DNA from: Schizochytrium sp. TIO01
Lineage: Eukaryota > Protista > Bigyra: Labyrinthulomycetes
Length of the DNA: 64,000 nucleotides
Assembly (NCBI GenBank): GCA_004764695.1
Contig: SMSO01000031.1
Coordinates: forward strand, 9,096,761-9,160,760
Reading direction: 5' to 3'
In this document: positions 1 through 10,958 of the stretch, piece after piece
Layout of the letters: the number at the start of each line of letters is the position of its first letter
Position numbering within the stretch: the stretch's first letter is position 1
Notes under the pieces: generated by a model
Databases searched by the model: none
Seen by the model: the letters and a program-made list of their open reading frames with translations, nothing else
What the model was told of the DNA's origin: nothing
Position numbers and translations under genes: made by a program

Positions 1-1073
1 GCATGAATGTAATCGTACTCTTCTGCGACCTTTTCCGGGTTGGCCGTTGATGTTGCAGACTGTTTAGGAGGCTTGCTCTTTTCCTCGCGAGCAAGGCGCA
101 GTGTCTCATCACAGGCCGACAGTGCTGAAAGAAAGGCAGTCTCCAGCTCATCTCCCTCACCGATAGCGCCACCAGAAACCCGTTTTGCCTCCTCAAGATC
201 ATTCAGTTGATCCCGAATCTCCAGAAGTTTGACACGCATTGCTGAGCTCCGCACAGGAACCTGCTGCCCACGCCAAGAGATGGTCGACGCTTGATCAGAC
301 TGCATTCGGCGGTTCTCCTCCATAACCTTCTTAATCTTCGCTTGTAGAAGGTCACTTCCTTCTGCTTCTGCTTGCAGCTGCTTGAGTGCTTCCTGGCTTC
401 CCCCGGGTCCCTCCCGGGAGAGGTTGTACTTGCAGTACCGCACAGCCGGCTCAATATCCTCAATGCGCTCCCGCATGAGCTCCCGGAGTTCTGGCTCAAC
501 AATTTCTGAAAGTTGAGTGTACACGTTGCGAGCCTTCTCAAACTCGAAATAAGCGTCCTTCCACCACTCTTTCTCCAGCAACAGATTTCCCTTCATCCAG
601 GCAGCATATGCTTCAGCCTCAAGCGCAGTGCGGTCATCGGCAACCTCATTACATAATTCCCGCAGCTTGGCAGCCCACTGAGTAGCCTTAGCGAGACGGC
701 GTACGAGATGCAGTCTCTTTCGAGAGTCCTCGCCATCGCGTTGATTCTCATCCTTGAGTTGCATAGCGTATCCCCATGCTCGTTCAGCGTTCACCAGGGC
801 CAGCTGCAAGAAACGGACTTCAGTACAGTCCGCAGCAGTAAGCTCGCGGCCTTGGAAAGCTTCGCGAGGCTTACCAGAAAGCTTGAAGTCCACGTTTTTG
901 TTCTTCCGAAGGCGTCGAAGTCGGCGAGCGCAGTACTGCCTGTACCGCTGATAATCTCGGTGGCGGAGACCGTTCTGCTGTTGGCTCGTTGTCACGAACT
1001 CCAAAATGTTTAGCGAAAGCTTGGCGCCAGAGTTTTGGGGCTCTGTGCCAGTGGGTTCTTCATTGGAGGTCAT
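1..1073 (-). CDS. SRP68: Signal recognition particle subunit SRP68 (N-terminal part; continues past the left edge)
   Basis: Manual translation from ATG at 1073: MTSNEEPTG...LSLNILEFVTTSQQQNGLRHRDYQRYRQYCARRLRRLRK...LVNAERAWGYAMQLK...LEAEAYAAWMKG...IEDIEPAVRYCKYNL. These match the SRP68 RNA-binding-domain motifs (QQxxGLRHxDxQRYRxYC, AERAWxYAMQLK, PxxRYCxYN). No stop inside the window, hence absent from the ORF track. Confidence 0.92.
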   Translation of the reverse strand, partial: MTSNEEPTGTEPQNSGAKLSLNILEFVTTSQQQNGLRHRDYQRYRQYCARRLRRLRKNKNVDFKLSGKPREAFQGRELTAADCTEVRFLQLALVNAERAWGYAMQLKDENQRDGEDSRKRLHLVRRLAKATQWAAKLRELCNEVADDRTALEAEAYAAWMKGNLLLEKEWWKDAYFEFEKARNVYTQLSEIVEPELRELMRERIEDIEPAVRYCKYNLSREGPGGSQEALKQLQAEAEGSDLLQAKIKKVMEENRRMQSDQASTISWRGQQVPVRSSAMRVKLLEIRDQLNDLEEAKRVSGGAIGEGDELETAFLSALSACDETLRLAREEKSKPPKQSATSTANPEKVAEEYDYIH

Positions 1074-2001
1074 TGTGATGAATCCTTGCGTCTCCTAATT
1101 GCTCAAGGTGATGACCACGGGAGATGGAGATCTGGAGGCTTTAATCTGAATAGCAAATCGAGAAAACTTCGATTCTAGCGAACGTTGAGAATTCGATTCA
1201 CGGACAGATTAAAGAATCGTGTCTTTGTTGGTCGATCGAGTGGAGTGTAGAGCCTTGCGAAAGTGATCCGCAAAAGATACAATACTAGTCCTTGCCGACT
1301 GTGATGAACGTCGATCCCCACGTGTATCTATCTATTCTCTTGTACAGAAGAGATAGATCGAAGTGATTAGTGAATTGAGTCAACAAAGATTCACTCACAA
1401 GCAACAGAGCAACAACGAGCGGAGCCTCAATGGCGAAGAGAGTAACAGCGCCTTAGGCTTCTTTGAAGGGATGAGCAGGCGCCGGGTGCGGCCTGCGATC
1501 TCGCGACGGGGTCTGCGCCGCCAGGTTGGGGAGGCATGCAAGTTGTGCTTACTGATACTGTCATCACGGCCGCAGAGGACGCACAGGGCGCGGTGTGCAA
1601 AACCCATTACTGTGAAAAATGGGTTGTTCAAAAAGTTTTAAAGTGTTCTCGTTCTTCCTGTCTTTCTTTGTTCAAGTATGTATGCGTTGAGAGACGCTGC
1701 AGAAGGAGATTGGGAAAAGCGAGAGCGCATTGAAGGCAGAACCGTAAACGGGTTGGTTTAAGCAAACGTGCGAAACTGCGTTGTTTTCGTTGGGAGCTGT
1801 CGTCACAATTGCTTGAATTGCTGCTGAATGAGCTGGGTGAAGATTTTATAGAGCTTTTGAACAAAGGTTGTGCTTGATAGGTGATACACAACCCAGCGCG
1901 AACATCAATGAGTGCTAGCTAAAGAGTCAAAGCATTCGATTATTCATAGCAGTTCATTTTCTTGCAGAATACGATCCTTGCTGTGTAGCAAGAAAGTTAG
2001 A

Positions 2002-2993
2002 ATGACAGACCAATTTCTTGCAATGGTGGTACTCGACGGCCCCCCACCACCTTGTGAGGCCATGGAGAGGCGCAAAATGTTGAGAAAAACTAAACGCGAA
2101 CCGCGCCGCTTTCCGGACTCTTTTGATCCAGATGAGCACGTAAGTAGGATTCAAAAGATGCTTCTGTCTCTTTAATGAAAAACTGACGATATCGTTTGAT
2201 GGTGTTAACTGATTTACAGCAACGCAAAACAGCAGAGCTTGCTGACGGGTGGAAACGTCGTCAAGACCTTAAAAAGAACAAGTTCGAGCTTGATGAATCA
2301 CGTCTGGAGAGGCTTCCCATCGAACTTTGGGAAGTCGCCGATGTACTCATGTGGCTAGATCGAGTAAACCTGAGTCATTTGAAGACAGCTTTTGACGAGA
2401 ACAATATCGATGGACCTGCACTCATTGAGGTAAGTTCATATTACATACCACACAGCATATACGTTCCTTCAACAAGGATCTAGGTGAACAGCATCAGAGC
2501 TAACGTTTACATGTGCACGAACAAACCCACCAATTTGAACCCTTTATAAACAATACGGTATCTCGGTCTTTAGCTTGGGCCGAGTGAAATGAATTTGCTT
2601 GGAATCACTGCTCTAGCTCATCGTAAAATATTACAACGAAGAATCGATGAACTTGAGAGCACCAAATCAAAGCATATCACTCAACATCCCCAGAATAAGA
2701 CTCGATTAAAACACTGGAGCACCCTAAAACCTGTGTCTTCTAATCAGGTAGCAACACCTGACATGAGCAATGCAGATGAATTCGACGAAGCAGGAGCACG
2801 GGCTGATTTTCAACGTGCCGTCATGGAATGGCGCCGTCAGAACGGAAAACCAGAAATCGTCGACTTCACAGCTTCTGCTTCTTCGACCAATACTCAGCAG
2901 AAAGCACCTCAAAAAGGGTCCTCTTTACTTGCTTCGTTCAATTTTGGATCTGAATCCGAAAGCACAGGCGAATGGAAAAACCCTTTTGCCTGA
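2002..2993 (+). CDS. SAM (sterile alpha motif) domain protein, 3 exons: join(2002..2139,2220..2429,2574..2993), ~255 aa
   Basis: Three short ORFs are joined in phase 0 by introns GTAAGT..ACAG (2140-2219) and GTAAGT..TTAG (2430-2573). Splicing restores a complete SAM domain: WEVADVLMWLDRVNLSHLKTAFDENNIDGPALIE|LGPSEMNLLGITALAHRKILQRRIDEL. Confidence 0.82.
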
Positions 2994-3929
2994 TTTCTAT
3001 CAGTCATATAACGTGTTGGTTTGAAGATATTCTGAAAATATAGATAACTGGCTTTTATCGCAAAAATATCCCTATAGATTAAATTTAAAAAACTGACTTG
3101 GGATAAGAACAAAATGCACATTACGTCTAAATGAGATGTCGACGCACACCTATCGATGGCCCTATGATTTCGGAATGCAGTTAAACCTATGATGCTTTTG
3201 GCATTTGGAGAAAAATCAATAGGTTAGTAAATAGTGAACCTCATGGAGACATAATATCAGAAGAAGAAATACTAAAGAAAATATGTTGAAATAAATAGGA
3301 TCAATCTATCCAAGAGCCCCCACTCCATTCTTAAAGCAACATGGAAATGAAAGAGTGAAGCTTGTATCGAGTGGGTTCTGAGAATGATCCATGGATGACA
3401 CTTGCTGGCGGTGTTATGGTCTTGCAAGGTAGCTATTCTTTAGGGAAAGCTAACCTGGTACTAGAGAGATATCTTTTGTAGTTTTTGCCAACAGACTTCT
3501 GTGCCGAAAGAGCTGCGATATAGTCTTGTGATATTGATTAAGATGTACTAAGCAAAAGGCAAGCCGCCACCGTCGTGTAATAGCAGTGAGCGGAAAGGGG
3601 GTTGACTTCTAGTTATAACTATGTAAATGAGGGCATCATACTAAGAGCATAGACGTCAACCCGAGCGGTTCACCAGATAGCAAAAGGGTGCATAAACTAT
3701 CTTGCGAATTCTAGCAAAATGGTGCCTCTAAGGACTACAGTAACATTACCATCATCAAAAAAGAAACGAGCGTGAATTTGAATAAGGCAAAGTGGGGCAG
3801 AAAGAAATGGTATCGGGGAGGAAGAATTGAGAGGTAGGATGTAGCTAGCTAGCTGCCAATATATATGGGGGAATGCTTTTATAGACAGAGAGCGTACAAC
3901 GCAAAGGGGAAAGGGAAATAGGATGGAGT

Positions 3930-5459
3930 TTAGCGGTGGGAGGTGGTGCCAAAACGGCCGTCGCTACCAAGGATATCGATGTCATCGGACATGTAGGTAG
4001 ACATGACCCGGAATTTGTTCAGGAAGGTGTCAACATCGAGGTAGCATCCTTGGAGATGGCGGGCGCCGTCCTCAGAAGTGAAGGCGTTGCGACCGTGAAG
4101 CATGCGCCGGTTGTTAAAGGTAATGAGGTCACCAGGACGGAGTCTGAAGAGGTTTCCATACTTCTCCCACATCTCCTTGGACATAAGGAGGGTGCGAAAG
4201 GCGTTGTAAGCACGGTAGTATGGCTCAACAAACTGCTCCTGTACACGCAACGGGCCCTCGAACGGCGGTGCCCAGTAGCAGGCAGTGACCTGCCCCAAGT
4301 AGTTGGTGTGAATGTGCGGGCGCTGGTAGAACATGCGGACGGGAAACTCACGGTCGACGTGGTCTTTCTGAAAGGTAGCCGGAATGGTGCGCAGGATCTC
4401 AAAATGGTCCGGGTGTCGAATTTTGAATTCCTCCGCGACAGCATGAGCATCAATGAGCGTGCTGTCACCGCCCTTTACACCCTCATCGAAGAGAAGGCAG
4501 TGGAGAAACTGCACTCCAGGCGGAGATTCGTAATACGCAAGATCCATATGCGGTTCCAGTGCCTTATCGGAGTACGCAATATTGATTGGCTTAGGCACCG
4601 CCTTAACATGGAAAGTCTCTCCATAAATGGAGTGCGAGCATTCTCCCACCTTATTTGCCACCTTCTTCACAGTGTCCTCTTCCGTAGGGGTATTGCGCAC
4701 CATGCAAAAACCATGCTTCTCCAGTTTTGATACCCAGTCCCATACGCCTGCATCGCTGCTCATGACATCCTCAAACTCTACCTCTGGCAGCGCCGTTGAT
4801 GGCGTGTCGGGTCGGTCTCCAAGCCAAAGCATTGCGCTGCGGTTCTCCTGCTCCGTTTCGACTGCGCCATCCGAGTATGCGAACCTCCGCAGCCAGGCCG
4901 CATCGTACGTGACATGCGAGCCGCGATGGTCTCTCCACAACACGTTGAGTGACTTGCCATCACGCGTAACCTCGCATGAGATGATGTCCAGTGCATGGCT
5001 GCCGGGGAGCACGGTCCGGTCGTGCTTCTGGCCAGACGAGCTCATACACCGCTCGCAGCAGCAGTTGTCGCGGAGCCAGCAAGGGTGGTAACGGTTTTCG
5101 GCTCCGTCCGTCCATGTGACCACCAGCCGCCCTTCATCGTCCTGTGCTACCCCAGCCACGCGGGCAGCAGCGGCGGCAGACTTGCTCGTGGGCATGCCGT
5201 TCATGACGGAGCTCTCTGAGGCCCAGCGCTCCGTGCGCAGAGACCCTCCGGATGAACCGCGGGTGCTTGCGGATGATAGCTGGCGACTCTGTAAAGAAGC
5301 AGAAGATGGGGTGTTGGGGATGCCATTTAAGGTCGCGAGGCCGGGCAGCGCGAGGGAAAGCGTCCGTGAAGATCGGCCATGGCATGACGACGCTGTTGCA
5401 GATGCCGGATTGCTCAAAAGAGCGAGACGGCGCATGGCCACGGAGCCGAGACGCGGCAT
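3930..5459 (-). CDS. Gamma-butyrobetaine dioxygenase-like Fe(II)/2-oxoglutarate dioxygenase (TauD/TfdA family, carnitine-pathway type), probable mitochondrial presequence
   Basis: N-terminal Zn-binding module WLRDNCCCERC; HxD motif HMDLAYYESPPGVQFLHC; distal DLITFNNRRMLHGRNAF; RHLQGCY. First ATG is at 5459 (MPRLGSVAMRRLALL, Arg/Ser-rich and acid-free). CxCxxC and PPGVQ are closer to BBOX than to TMLH. Confidence 0.88.
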   Translation of the reverse strand: MPRLGSVAMRRLALLSNPASATASSCHGRSSRTLSLALPGLATLNGIPNTPSSASLQSRQLSSASTRGSSGGSLRTERWASESSVMNGMPTSKSAAAAARVAGVAQDDEGRLVVTWTDGAENRYHPCWLRDNCCCERCMSSSGQKHDRTVLPGSHALDIISCEVTRDGKSLNVLWRDHRGSHVTYDAAWLRRFAYSDGAVETEQENRSAMLWLGDRPDTPSTALPEVEFEDVMSSDAGVWDWVSKLEKHGFCMVRNTPTEEDTVKKVANKVGECSHSIYGETFHVKAVPKPINIAYSDKALEPHMDLAYYESPPGVQFLHCLLFDEGVKGGDSTLIDAHAVAEEFKIRHPDHFEILRTIPATFQKDHVDREFPVRMFYQRPHIHTNYLGQVTACYWAPPFEGPLRVQEQFVEPYYRAYNAFRTLLMSKEMWEKYGNLFRLRPGDLITFNNRRMLHGRNAFTSEDGARHLQGCYLDVDTFLNKFRVMSTYMSDDIDILGSDGRFGTTSHR

Positions 5460-6478
5460 GGTCAATGGATCTAGGCGGAGTTTGGAGGCTCGAAGAGCAG
5501 AAAAGAACGTCAGCAAATGAGCCGGGAGGTCGTGAGCTCCTCGGTTGGGTGATTGAGTGATTGATCGATCGATCGATCGTGCCTTGCAAGTGCATTACAA
5601 TTTCTTTAGTTTTCTTTGAAATTCTCATTTTCCACTTTCTCAGACCCTTTTTCTTTCTTGTTCCTACTTGATCTCTTATTAGTTTGCATCATCATCATCA
5701 TTCATTTCAATTCTTTCGACGGCAACAACTTTTTTCCCTTTTTCCCGCTTTCTTCTCACAGTATTCAATCAAGCTAAGTAGGTACCCACTGTGTATCACT
5801 TTTTTACTGTTTATTTTATTTAAAAGTCGAGATGTAGCAGGGATGCCTCCTCTTGGTATCAAAACCCATGACATCGTCCGCGGTGCTTTGGCAACGCATG
5901 ATATTGTCACGACGCCAGCAACTGCGAGACTGAGGAGCATGGCTGCAGGCGAGCATCGAGCAGCAACTGCTTCCCCCCGCCAGGCCATCAACTCTATCAA
6001 AGCTAGCAAATCTAGCACATCTGTCAAGTCTAGCAAACCTATCACACCAATGGAGTTCATGAATGAATCAGACTACTTCATTTACTTTATTTACTTTATT
6101 TGTTTATTTTATTTTATGTTTAATTTAAAACAAAATTATGTTGTTTTTTCTAGCTAGAGTTGTAAACAGTACACAATATATCAACATAAGTACCCGACTG
6201 GAACACACAGACCTGAGCTGAGATACATAATAAATCAACGAGGTTCTCTTTTGTTTCGTCGCTCTCGCGTGCAAACCTGTCAAAGCAAGCCTTGTCAACT
6301 CGACTTCTTCACAAGGACCTCCCCCACCATCGGCGACCTCCATCAAACAGGGTCTTTGTTCCCAGCTCCTCCAACGCAATCAATCGCTTGCACCATTATA
6401 TTTGCAAATTGCATTGCAAGAACCTCGTCCTCTTCCAAAGAAATGGCGAGCAAGCTCACTCACTCTTTTAGTCGATTA

Positions 6479-6760
<282 letters not shown>

Positions 6761-8155
6761 TGATCAAAAGAATTGAGTGATTGATTAATCGATTGAGCGA
6801 TTGAGAGATTAAGAGATTGAGAGAGAGTGAGTGTTGTTCTGTGGCTCAAGGTTTAGCGAACCAGCGAAGCCATCAACCTTCGAGGCAGACGGCTGGCTCG
6901 CTGGCCGGGCTGCTCGAGCTCGACAACAACGAAACTGCCGGAGCCCGCTCCAGCTGGCGAACCGACGGCAGAAGCTTCTACCAAGGCGGGACCGCGAGGG
7001 CGAGCGCGAGGACGGAAGGCGTAAACATATGATGTAAACAGCGGTGCTTTCCAACTTCCTTTCCTTTTCCTCACTTGTTCAGTCTTTGTGTCATTGCAAG
7101 CGCTAGGGACCTATAGGGACCTAGCTAAGTGCTACCTAGGTAGTTAGATTTGTTTGATGTTAAAATTTTAATTACAAATGAAGGAATGAAGGAATGAATG
7201 TGTTTATTAGTTTTTTTATTTTCCATTTGCTGGTTTTTTTGGTTCTCAAGAATTTTAATCTCTATGACGCTCTCGTCGGAGCTTTACTTGTAGTGCATGT
7301 GGGTACGTGCTGCGATCTTTCGGTGCATCAAGTGGGATGCAGGTAGGTGGCAGCTGTTTACATACTTCAGGCTTGGTCCTTATTTGCTTCAGGTTGTCAC
7401 GATGCTGTTGCGACTTCTCAGGTTCTCAAGGAATTAAAGAAAAACAAAGACAAAAAACGTTTTCTGTAAGAAATAACTAACTAACTAAATAGATATTACT
7501 AACTACATTGTAAGTTATTCTCTGTTTCTCTCTTTCTTCTCTTAAACTTCGCAAAGACGAGGATTGAATTCTTCTGGGGTAGCTAACTGAAACCTTAGTA
7601 GTTGAGTCGTTGAGGTGAGAGGACGCAAGCATGGTGCGCAAAAGCGCCTTCGAGACGCTGACGAACCGTGAAGTCTGAGCTGCCAATGCTCAACACGAGG
7701 CTCAATAACGGCCAGCCAGCCAGCCAGCACACGCGAGTTTCTGCTTCGCTGTCTGTCTGAGTTGCCATTCAATACCAAGAATGAATGAGGAGCTAAAGAA
7801 TTGCGTTAGAGAGGGATAATCGAGGAGAGATAATCGATTGTTGTCAACTTGATTGCTTTTGATGCTCGCGAAGAAGAATCCGCTCGATACGAATCAACTG
7901 GCGTGGGCCTTGGCGTGTGGGCCGAACGACATACCTACTCGCAGCGGGAGTGAACCGATGTGCAAGCTAAGAAGCGAGCCTTAAATGTTACATACCTCCT
8001 GGGTCCACAGCGAAGGCACGCAATGGATGAGTTTCTCGGTACCAGGCAGTTGTTCCAGGCCAGGGACCACCGTGGCAATCGGAAGACTTCGCTGCGTCTG
8101 TTGTGAATCGTGCACCACGGCGAGCGAGCACCTGGCCAGAGCTAGGTCGGTACTT

Positions 8156-8183
8156 GCTCGCTCGCTCGCTCGCTCGCTCGCTC
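8156..8183. repeat. (GCTC)n microsatellite, ~7 units
   Basis: gctcgctcgctc... read directly. Confidence 0.9.
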
Positions 8184-10958
8184 ACTAGGTGGCGCAAGAA
8201 AGCCCCGATCAGACCCATGGGCTGTGAGGTCTTGCACAGCACTCGGGTTGGCCTTGACACGATGTGATGTCTGCGGCCCTCACCTGGGCTGCCTCATGAA
8301 AGGAGTGCCAAGAAGAGGGAGCGCCAAGAGGAAGGAGCTGGAGTATTGGTGGAGCTATACCTCGATCAGGTCGTCGGGGTCCCGGTTCTTCTTGCTCGTG
8401 CATGCATGAAAACACTACATTGAGCGAGCCTCGCAGTCCCCGTGGTGATCCCTGGACACCCCGCCCCAGGGCTGGGCTATCCGGGTAGCCGCTGATCAGC
8501 TTGGCTCGAGACTCTCCCTAACTTTCCTCGAGACTGGCCGTGGGCGGAGAATGAAGAGCGGCGCAAACGTGGCCAGGGAGCAGAAGGTACCTGCACCTCC
8601 ATTTGCATCCATAACGAATTACATAATGGCCTTTAGGCAGAACTCGTCATAGCGAGATCGATACGGCTGCATCAAACGAGATTAAACCATGCTAAGCTAA
8701 CCGTACGAGGGCCTAAAAAGATGCTCAACAAAGGCCGCGCTTGAGCGAGCACGTCTCTTCTGTGACAAGTGCTCTCTCGAAAAAAAAGTAGTAGCTACCG
8801 CAGATTGAGCTCGCGAGAACGAGAGAAAGAGAAACCTAGCTCACGATGGTATCTATCTGACACCCTTCTCTCGTGTTTTTTTTTTTTTTTTTTTTTAACT
8901 AAACAATGATTGTGACTACTTTTAAAAAATCAAAATATAATTTTTTAATTTTGAGTTTTTAATATAGGGAAAATATATCACTCCCATAATGTTCATAGCC
9001 TACAGCAACAACTAAATGTTTAGTAGGAAGGTAGAGTACCTACTTTTCCTTCCTTCCCCCCCTTTTTTAATTTATTTCTTTCAAGTTAAATTTTTTAATT
9101 AAAATAAAATAAAAATATTATTGAGTAGCCGCTTGCTTGCGCATTCTGTTGCTCGGACATAGGTGCAGTTGAAGCAGTTGATGCGGTTAATGATAGATCG
9201 CCGCGTGGAGGCGAAGTGCACGGTGAGCTGAGGCTTTGCAGGGCCGAACTTGGATCATGGGACCCTAAGCTGAAGAGTTCCATTCTCAATTTATCAAAGT
9301 AAACGGGGAGTTAGTAAGTAAGTAAGTATAAGTAAGTAGTACCTACCAAGCTGGACTCTTTACTAAACAGCGAGACAATGGGCTGGGCTGCAATGAAGGG
9401 GCCCCTCTATTACGCAGCGCAAGTCATGCTGCAAGCTTTCCAAGCTCGCAGCGGAGCTCAGGAGAACCGCCTTCTTGGAGCACCAAAGGCTCAACGAATT
9501 ATGGATAGTGATAGATTGTCAGTCGCAGAACATGACTTATGATCGCCACAATGAATTGACAATATTAAGATGCCTCTGGCGGCGCTCTATGTCCGATGCA
9601 AAATATTCCTGGATTGCCCCCTGAGCCTAAGAAGTGCCACGGACAGATTGAGATGTCGGTCGCGTCGCTGCTATTCACAGGGGCATTATAGCGAATAATT
9701 ATTTAGCTTCAACGGATAGCTTTGCTGGCAATAAGATGGAGAGCAATTGTGATATGCAGAATAAGTGTGGGACTCAGAGTCGCATAACTTCGTGACACAA
9801 GCTTACTATGAGGCAGAAGCGCTCAAGGAGATTTCTGCGCGGACGCGACATGACTTGCTTATCTATTATGGGCTGCTTGAGCGCAGCAGACAAACAGTCG
9901 TTGCAGTGTTTCGTCTTTCATTTTCATTCCGATTATGGGCAAGAACGAGAAAAGAAAAGGGCAACACGACTTCTGAAGGTGGAGGAGAAAAATTAAAACA
10001 AGCTTATTCTTATTCTTTTTTTCCTCTTCTCCGAGTCCCATTTATAGTGTTTTTTTATTTATTTTAAATTTTAAATTAATATATTTTTAGGCCTAAAAAG
10101 AATTGTATACATCAATAATTGCAACTTGAATGGGTCCATCTTTTTCCCGGTCATATGTTGTTACTTTCTCTCAAGCTACTTACTACCTAACACTTCTTTA
10201 TTGAAACTGAAAGCTTGATTTCTTTGACGCTTTTCATACCACCTAGATAACATATGTTTGTGATTATTATGATTGTAGTTTCTTTATAATTAATACCATG
10301 ATTACATAAATCATATGATAACTTTTTTTAAATGTTTTCTTTTTCTTTTCTTTTTTGCATCTGGATTTGCCATGATGGTTTAGCCAAAATGGAGAACTAA
10401 CTCTGCCACAGGAATTGCATGCGATGAGAGTACAGCTGGCTTTCCATCTCCAGGACGCGATGCACTTTTAGTCTAAAGTCAATAATATCAAGTTATTTGA
10501 ATTATGAACTTTAAAATTATATGAATTTCTTCCTTGCATGAAGTGAGGATTTGCATGAAGGAGGATTTTTACAGTGATGACGAAAGCGGTGTTTTTGAGG
10601 TGGCGTCGAGAATGACCAAACGGGGGACGATGAGAACATATGTGTTACGGTGTGTGCTTCTCAGTACTACGTTCTCGAACCTGCAAGGGTGTTTACATAC
10701 ACAAGCGCGCAGTTGAACGTGCGACAGCTTGCGACTGCAGGAATACTATAACTAAGGGCAGAAGGCACAAAGAACCTGTACTGCGTTGTCAAATTTATGA
10801 ACCTCTGCAGTTTTCGTCTGACAATCCAAGAAAGTTCTCAAAAGCTGTGATTGTACACATTTGCTTCTGCGTACGCATGAAGAATTAGATGGGCGGTGAA
10901 TGCTCTGGAAACTCGCGATCAAGGCAAGCAACTAGACTAGAGATAGCCAAAGCCAGTA

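Noticed and set aside
9370-9920. Coding-like patch with short ORFs
   Set aside because: No recognisable motif or consistent frame; cannot support a call.
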